Origin: Phoronis australis | Taxonomy: Eukaryota > Animalia > Phoronida | Direction: 5' to 3' | NCBI GenBank assembly: GCA_002633005.1 | Contig: NMRA01000004.1 | Coordinates: 2,286,392 to 2,350,391 of the forward strand | Length of the DNA: 64,000 bases | In this document: piece by piece, positions 13,943-28,300 of the stretch | Numbering within the stretch: position 1 is the first letter of the stretch | Layout of the letters: each line of letters starts with the position of its first letter | Notes under the pieces: generated by a model | Databases searched by the model: none | What the model saw: the letters and a program-made list of their open reading frames with translations, nothing else | Told to the model about the DNA's origin: nothing | Position numbers and translations under genes: made by a program

Positions 13943-16900
13943 TTACTCAGTATAAGGCGTCACCTTAGAGTTCCTTTGATCGCCCCCTCGTCTGCAAAAC
14001 AGTTCGGCTACAATAAAGCCGATAATGCACACCACCACCAAAAAAACAGCAGACGATATCGAAATAACGATGGCCATAACCGCAGGGCTTATTGCTTCGC
14101 CGTCACCGTTAGGAGTATTGGGTGTCGTTTTGTTCAACATGGTATTCGGATTGTTTTGGAATACAAACAATGGCAGCTGATGATCATTTGTCGCTGACTG
14201 TGTAGTGACAGCGGGAGATCGAATGAAGACGCAGGTCGTCTTTGTTATTCCTGGTAAGAACTTCCCGAAGGTGTTAAGTAATGCGAACTTGGCTGTGTCG
14301 CTTGAAATACGATGACTCCCATAAGGCACCGCGATCTTCAAAACAACATACCACGTTCCTGAAAGTGTCACAGACGACTCAAGGTGGAAATTTTGTATTC
14401 GGTTGCCGTTTAAAAACAACGATTTGTTGGCGTGTTTCCTAACAATAACGAGCACTGTTCTTCCTGTCTCCTTCGTGATAAAAGAGTAACAATTTCCGTA
14501 CTGGTCGATGTCGGGAATTATTTCGTTTACCATGAGATCGACACTAGTTATGCTTGAAGGTTGTGAAGACACTATGCTCACGAGAGTGTTTGGTGTTGTG
14601 TTAAGATGCGCACGTTCATACTGCTGTAGCACAGCAACGGATGCATTACTTAATGAAGAAGACGTATGCACCGTGTTGTTCGATGAATTGGCGTTCAGAA
14701 TAACGTGTAACGTGTTTGTTACGCTAAATAATAAAAACTGTCTCCCCCACGAGCTTACAGGTGGTCTTATTGAGAGGTAATTTTGAAAAACAGACGTCAC
14801 TAAAGCTGGCTTTTCCGAAAGGACAGAATAGCAGGGATATCTCTCAGAAGTATTCCCACGTTGGTGTAGTTCGATGACAGCATACTGTTCCTTAACGACA
14901 TCACTTAGGTTGGTGAAAGTCGTCTCGAACGAATTACCATCGACTTTCGTTATAATGAGTTCTTTTGAAGCACCATCATCTGATGAACAAATTACACTTT
15001 CGTTGCCCCACGATGTTACCGGAAGTAATGATGTCATGAAGTAAGTATGATTTGTTGTCGGTATCTTGATGGAGGTCAAAATTGAGTCGGACGAGTTGAT
15101 AATGTAGCCTGGAAAAAGAACTGAGCTTATATAGCATATATACACGCCCAAACTAGTAAATTGCATTTTAGTTTGCTAGGGTACATGGTAAGAACATTAT
15201 CTGGAACCAACTGTGCTTCTCCGAATTCGTCTGTGATACCTAATGTCTTTGTAACCGACAACGTAACCGGACACTTACACGCTTTAATGTCTGAACGTGT
15301 GTCTAACTGAATGACAAGTTTTCTTGAACAACTTTTACTTCCTCTCAAATTTTCGTATATCGTTTATTAAAACTGAGTTGTTCTTTGGACACAAACGTTC
15401 GAAGTTCTAAAGTGAAGATGGAAAATCTGGAAGATATAGAATTTTCAAAAACAAACTAGACGGACGTCTACCGAACTCTGTCAGGATACTGTCAAACTTG
15501 GACGAACTTCTTGGCAGAATTCGGTTTCGCATTTTAGTTGAAAATTGGCTGTGAAATCCCATTCTGTTAAGCGTTTGGTAGAGTTGGTGTAACCTTATTG
15601 CTTCTTTTCTTTACTTGTTAATTTGTGAATGAGCTTGCAAGACAAGTTGTTGCGATTTCGTGAAAGTGCGTGCACCAACACCTTGCAAGAATTGGATGAG
15701 ATTGTGTAAGACTTGAATCGGGTTCTAGTAGACAAGACTGAGATACATTGTCATCGTCTTATGCTTAGAACGTTTGTCGAATTTTGACGCTGTCTAGTTT
15801 ATTTTTAAAGCTACTGCTGTTGCGTTTAAAGTGACATTATGGCAAAAAAAAAATGATTTTCCGAGAACAGCTGATTCGATCCGAGGATCGCAAACAAATG
15901 TTCTGCTGATTGAGATGCATTGTAACTCTCACTCGATAAATGACATAGAAAGTTAAACCGTATTAACTGGTAAAGTCACAAGCTGTGATCCCATAGAATG
16001 TCTGACAGTCAACGGCGATAATATGTCGTTTTGTACTAAAATTCCTTATTGTTATAAAACCTGTCAAAGCTAACGACTTCAATGCGTTTAGACCTTCCAA
16101 CAGAGCACCACAATTCGTTTTAAGTCGTAAAACGATAATTCCTCTTTAAAAACAGTAAGTCAAGTATTTTTGTTCATGATTTCCAATATTAGTGTTCATG
16201 GACCCTGGTTATAGCGGCGTTGTTTTTCGGAAACATTTCATAAATTTCGATATGAACTTGTTGGCCACGTTATAGTACAGACTACACACGTTCTGCAATT
16301 AGTCGTGCTAGTTTATCTGGGCTGTTGACGAGAGAACTGTTATTACTAGACTGTCAACCACTTGAGACACTTGATTGGTCAGCCATCGAGAACCAATCAA
16401 ATGGCCTTGGCGCTTGAACCGCAGAAGTCAATTAAATGTACCCAGTGCTCATCGAGTCAAATACATGTACATGTACAGCCTCTAAACCTCTTCTCCTGCA
16501 GTGAAATCGCAGCCCCTTGATTTGTCAACCAATACAGAAACCGGAATATGGCGAAAAAAGGGTTTGCCTGTGTGTCTTTAACCCACGTTTCAAAGCAATC
16601 AGTATAGCCTGAAACCACTTGGAAAAAAGTAGATAAATCAGTGTCCGTAACTGGATTTTGAGGCAGAACACGACTATCAACTGAAATATTTCGGTACCGC
16701 CGTGAAAGCGTTTGAGCCATTTCCGAGATTGTCTTTTCAAAAACAAAATTACCTTTTCTAGACAGAAGTTTACCAACGATCTGGCTGTAGTTAAGCTTCA
16801 CTGCGTTCCTAATTGTTCTATTCAACGTCACTGCTCGTGTTTGCGCATCGATGACACGCACTTCCACCGGAGCTTTTCCAACAGGTGTCACTGTTAAACA

Positions 16901-18075
16901 CATCGTCTGGATCCACGTGATGTTTGGAAAACTGACAGCGAATGTTGTCCCGGTGTAGATATCAGAAGCTGTGAGAAGAAAATAATCACGTCTACACGTA
17001 TATTTGTAATGTTGCCGCCACGTTGCCCCTGGATAGGTGTACATGTACGCTGTTTGTTTCGGTGCGATAATAGATTGAACACTGATTTTTCCAGTTAATC
17101 TCGACCTGTGTTCACAAGTTTATCAAATAAACAGAAAAATCAGGAACCCCATCTGGGAATCGAACCAAAAGTCTGTAAATGTCCGGTATAGTCATCTTAC
17201 CATTGAGCTACTGAGGATGAGATATCTGTGCAATTACTGTTTGCAGCCAACTGTTATGTCATCCGTCTCATGAGCGGAATTCCGTCTTTTTCACACGAGA
17301 TTTTAACAATTACATAATCAGCAATTAGTCAGTATGTGTTAATTAGGTGCTAGTATAAACGTTGATGGTGGTCAGTAGAGAAGAAAATTGAATAAACACA
17401 GATAAACCAGGAACTCTATCTGCGAATCGAACCACAGGCCTATAGATTGCCGTTCTAGTGTTTTTACCACTGAGCTACTGAGGATGCGTTGTGCATTACT
17501 GTTTGCCGCCAACTGTTACGTCACCCATTGGCTTTTTCTTTTAACGTAAACAAGGATCTAAAATGTTTCAGACTATGTATGGTTCTTTTTTCTAATTACT
17601 TATATGATGGAAAAAGTTACTACGATGTCCTTTAATTTTCTTTGGTGAACAAATTACGTAATCCCTGCCCTGACCTCATTGGTTGCATCAACCAAGTGAC
17701 ATCCGTTAGTACACAAACAGAACACCATAATCAATCCTGTACGTAGAACTAAAACTAATGCTATCCTACTCCTGACAATCATTACCTGAACTTACTGCAC
17801 CCAGGTGTATGGAATGTAGAATGATCATGAAGGCTCCTGCAAAATACAATTTAATACAACATTACAAGTCCGAGTTTACAGAATACAGCTTGGGATCGTT
17901 TTTTATACTGGTCACTGGGGGGTGATCACTTTTTTGTGAACCGTGACACAGAAACTTTACCTTGGCATGAACGTGAAATGGTGTTTCACAAACTCGTGAA
18001 GAGTTGTTTGAACCTCATTGAGAACGTGAGTTTCCTACAGGTGTATATCTTACCGTGTGCCGCCCTGAACTGCAT
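13943..18075 (-). CDS. Type I membrane protein with an IgGFc-binding-protein N-terminal-like domain (about 480 aa)
   Basis: Exons on the minus strand: 18075-18054 (MQFRAAHG), 17836-17786 (AFMIILHSIHLGAVSS, signal peptide), 16968-16753 (alternative donor at 16774; SDIYTGTTFAVSFP...), 15108-13943. All junctions are phase 1 with GT/AG. Motifs G..F...F, PPVSSWGRQF, IIPDIDQYGNCYSF and GSHRISSD.AKF fit the IgGFc_binding domain. These are followed by an S/T/N/P stalk, a TM helix (AVMAIVISISSAVFLVVVCIIGFIVAELF) and a short tail ending SKVTPYTE. Confidence 0.82.
17143..17218 (-). repeat. tRNA-derived (SINE-head-like) element, copy 1
   Basis: Minus strand has A box TAGCTCAATGGTA and B box GGTTCGATTCC, followed by a T-run. 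Stems are degenerate. Located in an intron of the IgGFc-like gene. Confidence 0.6.
17410..17487 (-). repeat. tRNA-derived (SINE-head-like) element, copy 2
   Basis: Minus strand has TAGCTCAGTGGTA ... GGTTCGATTCG. Its flanks also match copy 1 (17125-17265 vs 17391-17527). Confidence 0.6.
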
Positions 18076-18557
18076 TTGAACTGCTACGAGTGAACTGTGA
18101 CTCGACCCCCGATAATCATCCACCTCATCGTTACGCTAACGTCAACTGACAAGTGTTAATCATAGTTACAGCAAGGGTAAAACAACGTGGTAATTACTAA
18201 TTGTCGAGAAAATGAAAGCCTGATGAACTTACACAGACCAACAAAGCCTTTTTGATTAGTCCATCTGTTTTCAAACAAACTGAACAAATGCACGCTGATC
18301 TAACTGAAGCAAACAAACACACCCGCCAAATGACACAGGATTTCCCCTGTGTAGAAACGTTGACATGCAAAAAGTAAACAAGCTAATTAAGGGCCGCATT
18401 TGTTTTTGAACGAATTCTTCATTGTGCATATATACACTGTAGACACTGATTTAGAATCAGAAATTGAGGAAGTCGGGCTTTTCCACGTTTCTCTGCTTCA
18501 GTTGATCTGCCACGCACGACATGATACTTTTATGCGCTTTAACGACGTGAAATGAAT

Positions 18558-18590
18558 GAGCATGCGCAGCGGTTTCCACTTCCGTGAATC
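18558..18590. promoter_or_regulatory. Candidate promoter motifs (NRF1-like GCATGCGCA, ETS-like ACTTCCG) upstream of the IgGFc-like gene
   Basis: Adjacent motif matches about 500 nt upstream of the ATG at 18075. Motif match only. Confidence 0.3.
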
Positions 18591-21500
18591 CAATTCATCA
18601 CTGGATTAGTGTGCTTGCCGTGGTGATAAGGACAGTTTTAACTTTAAAAGAACAAAATGAATATCACGACTTCAGACGCCATTCGAATGTTCTCTGTGAA
18701 ATCAGGACACGGTTTTTAAAATGATGAGTTTGGACAGTGTAAAATTAAGCACAATCCGCTGTTTTGTGATTTTATTAAACGTCATCAGTTTTCAATGTAA
18801 ATTGCCTAGCAGCTAAATTGAAATGGAATTGATCAATAGCTGATATGGCAACGGTGTGTACTGCCGATTTACAGCAAATCTCTACTGACTCACGAAACGC
18901 CGTTAAAATGGTCAACAAAACATTGTGACGCCGATCTATATGTACATGTAGTCCGTATTATTCTAAGCCAAAAAAGCTTCAATAGTCTCCAACTCTGCGA
19001 AGGTGTGAACATTTTTAGGACAAAAATTAGCGGGAGGTCAAGTGACTCAAGAGTTAAAAAATGTTGGATATTTTATAAAAGCACAAACGACTACACATGT
19101 TTTGCCAATGGTTTGATCACCGTGGTGAGAGCTAGATATACTCCTGTAACAAATAAAGCAGCCTGCTACAGAAACGGAAAACTTACCTTGGGGGACAACT
19201 GTCATTTTTTCTTAATGCAATGCTGAGACACCGTCCGCGCGGCTACATACTGAAAGACAAAAGTCTGTATGTACATTGCGAATCTATTTCTTGGGGCTGC
19301 TGACGTCAGAGTTATGCCCTTTGAATATTGCAAGAATTTCAAGCAAACATCGTCAGATTCATTATTTTTGAAACACAGACAAAATATAAAGTCTTTCATC
19401 AAAATACAGTTTTCAAAGTATCTGTCACTGATAATAAATATACATTTATGCATGCATTGACATGGCTATTGATTTGTTTATATCAACATTCAAAATTCAT
19501 ACTTTCCCTGTAAGGGAAAATATACTACAGTTATGTCTTTCTAAATAAGAGGACGTGCTTCACCTTGTTGGAGAAAAATCGACGAAGTGACGAACAGTTT
19601 ACAGGGATGAGGTAGTTTTCTGGAAATTTGAGACTCCAAAGGAAAATGCTTTGACATCAACAGAAGTTCAAAATTTTCAAAAAAAGTTAAAGAAAATGTC
19701 TAATGAATGGTTTACGACTGTTTCAGTGGCAGAGAATCACTTTGAATAACGCGATATAGTCTGTTTTTCACGTTCTTTGCCACTTTAAGTATTCAGTAAC
19801 AACAAATTGGAAAGAGTCGACACATTGACAAAGTTTTGACGCATGGAAGTGTGGCCCAATTGTCCACTTTGTTACTACAAGATTATTTATTAAGTATGGG
19901 GAACTTGCGCGGTTGAAATGTTTAAAAGCTCTTGCGTCTGGATGTTGATTTGACTTCTGCCTAAATTTCCCAGTGACAGTAACTAGCTAGTCACGAGTAT
20001 TCTCTCACTACCAACAGGTGGAGCAGTATGTGAATACTGTATATCCTCTTAGCAACTAAGCCGGCTTTTATCCAATCATTAGCGCATTAAATTTGATTTC
20101 AGATCGACAACACTGTTGGCTGCATTGGCATACCGACATGAGCACCGACTGAAACAGTTCATACATCGTCCGATTTGACTGACACTAAAGCTCACGCTAC
20201 CTTAGATAGTCGGTGGCGATTTACGCTCCAGTTTGAATCAATGTTACAGTGTACATGTAGGCCTACATGTACGTGTACCTGTTCAAGACAAGTGCTAAAC
20301 AATAAGCTACCAATATTTTGGTTTAGCATCTACTAGTAGACCAGTCTAAACCGAAACCACTGTGTATTGTTCAATTTTTTACAATTACAAGGGAAACTTT
20401 TGCAGTCTATTTTTGTTACAACTAACGATTTTGGATGGTTTGCATGATGGTTCCTTTCGTGGATATGTAGCAGCACAAAGAGATGAAACGGCGGCAAAAT
20501 GTTTGCATCTAGATGTACAGTAGGTGGTTGAAACACAATACATATAAATGTACATGTGGGTGTAAGACGAGGAAGAACAATGTTAACAAACTCCTGCCAT
20601 TCCTTAACCATGAAAGTAGCAAAGATCTGTCAACTTCCAAACCCTTTAAGTGTTAAAAACAAACATAATTGAATTCTGAAATATTATGCAGTGTGCAAAG
20701 TAATTGAAGGGATGACACAACAGTCCATACTGGAGCCACATTATACAATTTGTCTTCATCTCGGTTTAGCGAACGACATGCACACTTACATGTACATCTT
20801 TCCTCGAATGGCATCCAGCATGGCTTCAAGCATACTAAAGGAAATGAGTACATTATATGTCACCAGAATGCGTTAACACGTTATTAAGTTGGTCTTTCGA
20901 TGTTTGTCTGAGTTGTTTTAACACAAAGCGTATCCGTTAAAGGTACAAGCGCAGTGATTACACCTCACAGGGATAAATTGCGTTAGTGCACTGCTGCACG
21001 CAAGATCTTGACGATGCCTTTCTGAGAATACTTTCCGTCCTTACATTTCAATAGAAACCAAGTTATTTCTTCGAATTACTCTTACCAAAAGCTTTTAAGT
21101 GTCTTTAATAAGGCAGCCAATTGAATGTACCTTAACAGCCACTGATGTTAAATAGAGTGTTTGACGGTAAAGTAAGAAGATCAATTGGCAATTCCTATAA
21201 ATACCACCTTAAGACTTGATCACCGAACCGAGTCGTTTTTTCCTTTTTAGTAATAAGTAAAAGTCGTGTGGCCACTAAAAATAATTGCTCATCGTAACAA
21301 AACAACTTGCGCAAGTAGCCACGAAAGCGGATATAAAACTTGTCGTAGCAAACTGGTAATCTCCTTCAAACAATTATGTCACCATATTGACCAGCACCAA
21401 ATGTCAAGTTCTTGGTACCCATAGATTAAGTACAACACTCCGGTATACACGATTGACGAATTTCGTAACTGCATTCGGCACTCTTTGTTTACAAAGACAA

Positions 21501-24411
21501 ACTTTTCAAGTAAAATTGTACATGTGCCACCTACCAACAATGTGATTGAATATTGTACATGTACTTTCGAGCACAATGTCCTGCTTGATTAAGCCAAAGA
21601 TTTCAAGTTCTAGCATTACTCGTATAGAGATCAGCTGGGAGACGCAAGATAGCTGGTTGCTGCTCACGTTAAGAATTCTTGAACGAGCATAAATGGTGAC
21701 GGACAAGCATTGTAATCTATAGTTTGAAACAGGCAAGGACAAAGCTCTAGTAAAATTCATGAAACGGAATCCTGGTCATTGTTACAGTGTATGTTGGGTA
21801 TAACTACTCAGAGTTTTAAGAATTTCCCATAACGAGATTAATACAATAATTGCAAATACTCTTGAATATAACATTGTAAAAAAGTAATAAAAATCGTATT
21901 TGACGCCCAAATCGCATTCCTCGTCGTAATATTGGCATTTCAATCAATTTTTTTGTGAAAGTTGTTAAAATTCAATTCACTTGTTTCGAAAATCGTTTCT
22001 GTACCTCATTTCAAGTCAAAGTTTTGTTAAAACCTCGCCCCTTTTTACATTTTCCCGTTTCCCTAGCAACGCGCGTGCCGCGTCTAGGCCTAAAAGTGTG
22101 GGTAGTTTTCTGATGAACTGCGTCAAGATGTATATCACGGTATCTGCCAATAATTGTCATCTGAAACTTTTTTTTGTCTCGCCCAGATTAAGAGATTTTC
22201 CTGAATTTCTGCCTTTATTACCATTTTCACAAGTTTATCATCAGTCGATTTTCGTAAGTACGTGTACATCAGTGTTAATCGAAAGACAAAGAATTCTTGC
22301 AGGCTACCGGGTCAAAGAAAAAAATAGCATGTTGGGCCGTCACACGGCAACATTAGGTCCCACAGCGCATTTTGAGTTAACTGTAGGTTTTAAAAGCACA
22401 TTTTATTTACGTTTTGACGACCAGTATTGCAACAACTAGGGTGGCTTTGAATTACAGCACTGGGAATTATCGTTGGAAAGTGTGTTTGGTGAGGTGGCTG
22501 AACGTGAGGTAAGGACTTACCGCTAACTGCAGATTTTACGCGAACAGCAAGACAAGGCACACCCAAGGAACGTTGCGATCAGGCAATTGAACCAGTAAAA
22601 GAAATACATACATGTACTCAATACTAAGTCGAAATTTTATGTAGATATCTTTTTATGTGTAAATATGCTGTATGCATTCATAACAATACATTTCGTTTGA
22701 TTCCATCGATGTTTTCCCCCATTTTGTTCGGGACGAAATGCACGCTTTTGACCTATTTCTGATGACCCAGCTTTTTCATGAGCGACGTTTTGATTGAATG
22801 TTTGTGGGAGCCCAAGTGAACAAATCCAAAGACGGCTCTTGGCTCTACAGTTCATTACATGACCACATTCACAAACGTATCCTAGGTTCGAGCCGCAACT
22901 TATGAAAATAACATGATATTAAATCATCTAACTTCCACTTTTCAGTCCATTGATTTTTTAAAATCTTAAGCATGCTTTTCACCGCTCCTTATCTGACAAT
23001 GTTAAATTCTTCTAATGGGGTTAAAAATATCACCGCGTTCATCCGAACTTGATTTGTTGCCGAATGAGCCGTAAACACAAGTCACAGGCAACATATGCAC
23101 TTTTACGATTGGAAAACCCCAGTAAACTCTCAATCGTGTGTCGCTGACGATCGAGATGCTGTTGCACATTGCAAGTAATCCCTTTTACCACAAACATTAT
23201 TGCGAGCCTGATTTCATTGAAGTAAAAGGCTTAACTCGCTTTGTGTTTTTAGTTAGCTAAACAGGACGAAATTATACTTTCAGAAGAATACTAGCCTAAT
23301 CAACTGAAAGGGAAATGCAACGTACCCAGCAGATCGAAGGGATGTTCGCAAAACGCCACCATGATCTTGTGCTATACTGGCGTGTTCTCTTCAAATTGCC
23401 AAGACACCAACAATATTTAATGCAACCTTGATACACGTCGTTGAATTTCTCTCACGTTACCATGACGACGTCAAGTGGTGCTTTTATGCATAAAATGTGC
23501 GAATGTGGTGATCACACGGGATGTACGCACTTGAATGTAATGAAGTGCAAAATAACCTATTGCTTGAGAGCCAGTCCTTCGATGATGTCTAATTTCACAA
23601 TTACTTGATTGCATAGGGACTTGATATCGATATCCGTAGGAGTTCGCATGGTAACAGCTCTTAGATAATTACAGCTTTTTAGTCCACACTTGGTGATCTA
23701 GTATGGTTTTACTGCTTTTGTACAAGTACATGTACATGTACCTGCGGATGTATTTGAACTACACCTGAACATGCAATATCAAAGGTTCTTCAATCAGTGA
23801 AGACGGGAGGATAACACATTTGAAGCAATGCACGTGAAAGTAATTGCGGGCGTGATTACTGCACGCATCGTGTAACATCTTACTTCAGACCACGTTATTG
23901 ACCATTGTTTCTCCAAACCTACATGTGTTTTTAGCTCTGCACTGATAATCCAATAACAGTTAACGTCATTATGAATGACCAGACCTATACATACATGTGC
24001 ATTTATAACCATTTTGTTGCACAGATTGGAATATTTACATTTCGTCTGAATCCATGTTTGCGTTCAATCAGACGTCTTTTTGATTGACTTAATCAATTTA
24101 GGGTGTCATGGTTGCAAATTAAATTTCTGAAAATGAACGAGTGTGTTGTCTTTTGAAGCAAACGCACTGAGTGTTGACAGTGCCTAAGAATTGTGGTTCT
24201 TGAAGATCCTTACGACTGCGTTACCATTAAGAAACTTGGCCGTTCAGCGACATCTTCATAGTAAGACAATGCTTCTCTACATCAGCCGGTGTCACCGTAC
24301 ACCATTGATGTCATAAAATGATACAGCGTCTACATAATCAGCCTGACAAGGCCAATACAACCGTTTATTAACCCATTTTGTTAATCAACGCGTGTTGATT
24401 GACGTTTTGGA

Positions 24412-24490
24412 GGGAATCGGAGGCTGGATTCAAACACGCGTCATTCAAGTTTCGTACATCGACAGCCGTTACCTTTACCACTGAGCTATT
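24412..24490 (-). repeat. Degenerate tRNA-derived element
   Basis: Minus strand has TAGCTCAGTGGTAAAG ... GTTTGAATCC (A and B box remnants). Confidence 0.4.
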
Positions 24491-25224
24491 CATCAGGTGA
24501 CATCATCTTAAATGAAAATTGAATACTAAAATGAGGACGTGCAATAATCGCATGTTCAAGAAACCGCATTAATTTCGCTGTGAAAAATAAGACGTGTAAT
24601 TTCAATAAAACGACACCTTTAATTCAATAAATTTATCTGTCATTTTCTCTCAATTATAAATCCTCGATGCCCTGTTTAATTGTGGATAACATGTCGTCGG
24701 GAATCTGACTTGGAGATTATGTTCATTAACCACAGGTGACCAACTTTAGCAGACGATATTTTCACGGTGGGAGCTAACCATGATAAGATAAGTAGTAAGC
24801 TAGTCTATTGTTTAAAACTTTTGTAGATTACATTTATTTTTATTGTTTTTTAATTTTCAATTCGATTTGAGTAAAACATTGACTCGGCGTGTCTTAAAAG
24901 GTCACGACCCACGGCCCCGGGCCTCTGACGACAGAATGCAGTTCCAAGGGGAGTCGAGAAAACAGCTCGATTCATTGCAATGGTTATCGTTCAGTATGTG
25001 GTTTAAATAAATAACGCTCTGAGGACGATAATTCTCCAAAATCCACGATGGCTCAGATAAGGCAAGGTTTTTCATCACACCGCAGTTTGAGCCTACCAAC
25101 CACGCGACGTTTTACACGCCTTTTTGGGACCATGAGCGATACTGTAGACAAAAAACGCCGATTCTTTCAGAAGCCATTGTGGTTGGGTAAACCGGCGGGA
25201 CTTCTGATACATACGCGCTCCCAG

Positions 25225-25365
25225 GAGGAGAGCTCGTTCGAAGTGGACAAAAAGGTCCGCCTCAAACAAACAGAACACCCGAAAATTTAGAAAAAACAAG
25301 TCAAAAGTCCACAAAAAGGCAAGAACTAACAACATTCGACGAATGCACAATTCATAGCTCGAAAT
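25225..25365 (+). repeat. Remnant related to the internal part of the 8070-8336 MITE
   Basis: Shares AAAAAGGTCCGCCTCA ... AAAAGTCC with 8146-8200. Confidence 0.45.
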
Positions 25366-28300
25366 CCTCATGCCAGCGTTTCAGCATTGATGTTTCTAGA
25401 TTTTATTCCAGGCACTGGAAATCAAATTTCAATCTCAAATGCTAAATGTGACATTAACTGAATAGTTTAAATCTTACACCAGAAACGGATATTCGATAAT
25501 ATTAGTAATCGACAAAAGGACACGCCAGTTTTACAAGAATTCACAACTTACATGATCTGCATATACTTGAAAGCTCCAAGAATTACACTTACAAGCAATC
25601 CCGTGCGCTCCTTTGGAAATGTTTCCCACTGGCGCGGAAGCCTCTTACGACAGCGGTCACTCATTGGAAAACCATGTTCAGAAAACACAGACACAAGCCT
25701 TTGACGTACATGTAAAGCATTCGGTAAGTCCGAAGCCGAAGACATTGATGTCGAGGTAAATTTTGAAGGTCATTACAGCCATTTTACAGTAGCTTCCGTA
25801 GGTTATAGATCAATACCTACGTGCCTTAAATAGTCACTTCAGTTCTCCAGAGTAATCTGGCTATTCAAGTAAAATTCGAGCGCAAAACTAAGCTGGTCTC
25901 ATAACCACCTTCATTATATAAATTAAAAATATCGAATGACGGTGACGTAGTATCACTACAGTTACCATAGAGACGGATTAAAGATTTCTTCATCTTACTT
26001 GTGGTAAAGATGTTATGCGGAACATGGCGGACAGTTTACTCGAAGTTTTAAATATAACTTAATTTAATTTATGAACCTCATTTTATAAATTGAAGGGATG
26101 CAGTAGATTGCGTACGTTTTGATGGTTCGTTTATATAACAAAATCAAATGAACATGAGACAGAATTTTCTTTGAATGAGTAGAAACTACAGGTACATGTA
26201 TGTGCGAGATGAGATATATTATATTGGAGTCAAATCTATTGACTAACGTTGAATGCCCATCACCTACTGCAGTTGATATTGTTTGCATCTTAAATTGTTA
26301 GTTGGAATTTTGTATTTGTTCTGAGACCGGTCTGTCGTGGAGGTGTAATTTTGGGAGAGAAATACCCAAAATAGATTTTTGATCGTTTTTTGCATCTCAG
26401 TGTCTTTCCGTTATCTGCAAGACTTAGTTTTTCAGTTGACTTGAGACAGAGTGGTAACGAGGTCTCTTGATGAACAAATTGGTGATTTCGACAAGAAAAA
26501 ACAATTATTCTGTAGAGGCCCAGTAGGCTCAGGTACATGTACAAAGTTGTACGTGATAAAGTTTAGTTTGAAGCCAAGAACTTGCCACCGGTAGGACTTG
26601 TCACAGGTAGGGCTTACTTCATTACAGACGTTACCAGGCGAGATAGATTCTTCTGCCGCGCGGCTACCAGCACGTTTCGTAGATCAAATATCTGGCAAGA
26701 AAGGCTATATCACCCAAGTCTTTGCAAGATATCACCAGGCAAAACCAGCCAATCACGAGATCTCACTGGCTTTCTGACTTGCAAGTGTCTTGTATCTTCG
26801 GAACACGCTCCAGGTACATTTACATGTACCGGGTTACGGTTCTCCGGAAATTTTTGGTGAGAAAGCTATCAATGCTAATACACGAAGAAACAAGCGGAAT
26901 CGACAGTCCTGTGTAAGGGCTATTAAACCACAATGAATTATTCAAGCTTCGTGACATACACTGTAAAGCTGTATTTAATGCCCTACTAATCGGCGAGTCC
27001 TCTCTGGGGCTCGGCCAATGTCCTGCGATGGCTTATGTGCCGCCTGAAAACTGCCCAGAGGTTTCCTATCTAGAAATGAGCGTTTTACCCTTATACACAG
27101 AAACAATCAGAGGTCAGCATGAAGTACATGTATTTCATGTGTTGGCGGGTCATAACAAGATCGCGACTGCTGAACGTGTTCGAGCACTGCCACGGTTTAC
27201 GTTGGGGGTATTTTGAATACACGAGACTGCTCTGATGAGCCGCTGTAGTGTTTGCAAATAGGTACGTGGAACGTAAACTGTTTACTCGATCGGAGATTCG
27301 TAAAAAAACTATTATAAATGCGCGATTTAAACAATCATAGTTGCTGAAATTGTAGTCACCGTCGGAACGGGATTTTCATTTAGAACCTTAATGAAACTTC
27401 GACGTTTCGGAATTTGAATGAATCCAACTGTGGTTTAAAACGCATTTAATTACCCGATCTCACTTTTCAGCTGAGGAGGGATGTGCAGATTTGCAGTGTG
27501 TATACAGACTGCGGTCTAATTTGCCCGACCCCTTCACAATACTGGAAAAATTCCGAATATGAAACTTCTACGTTACACCGTATTTGTACGAGATTGCATT
27601 AAAGGCAATTCTATACTTAGGTCAACCAAAAATCAAATACTTCACAATACAACAATTAACGTTAGCGGCAATGAATGCATTTAATACATTTGGTGTGTAG
27701 CGTCAGGCGTAATTAAAAACGTTAGCTGACGAATAGTTGTAAAGAAACAACTAAAGGTTCTACTCCAAGCATGAGGAAAAATGTTTTTTTAGAGATGCGC
27801 CGCGCATGGCGTAAGAGAACAACACTTGTGCAGTACCTGTTTTAGCTGAAGACTCCCTGTGCGTGTATACATTCATACATGTATCCACCGAATGCATTTA
27901 TGTGAGAATGTTTTGAATAAAAGCGAATCAGGAACTACGCTACTGGCGAAAACGCCAATAAGATTCAGGGAATAGACACGGTTGTGCAAGTGCCTTCCTC
28001 AAGTCACCTACGCGTTGTCATGGCAATGCTTTGCATGTCCAAAATAAACATGCTTATACTTTTAAACGGAAGCTCGGCTCATATCGGCAACAATTGGAAA
28101 ACATTAAAAATACACCCACCTTAAAGTAAGTCGAGGTCAAATGTCGTACTTTTCGAATTCCATATGCGCGAAAAAGCTTGTCGCTACATGTAAATCACCA
28201 CCACCGACAAGATTAAAACATATGGCTCGTGCACCAAAAACATTTCATAATGCAAGAAATTCAGTGACTTTTAAGTACGACAAGGTTTACTGGCAATGTC

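Noticed and set aside
17143-17487. Functional tRNA genes
   Set aside because: Acceptor and anticodon stems do not pair properly and the copies differ in the anticodon arm. Treated as tRNA-derived repeats.
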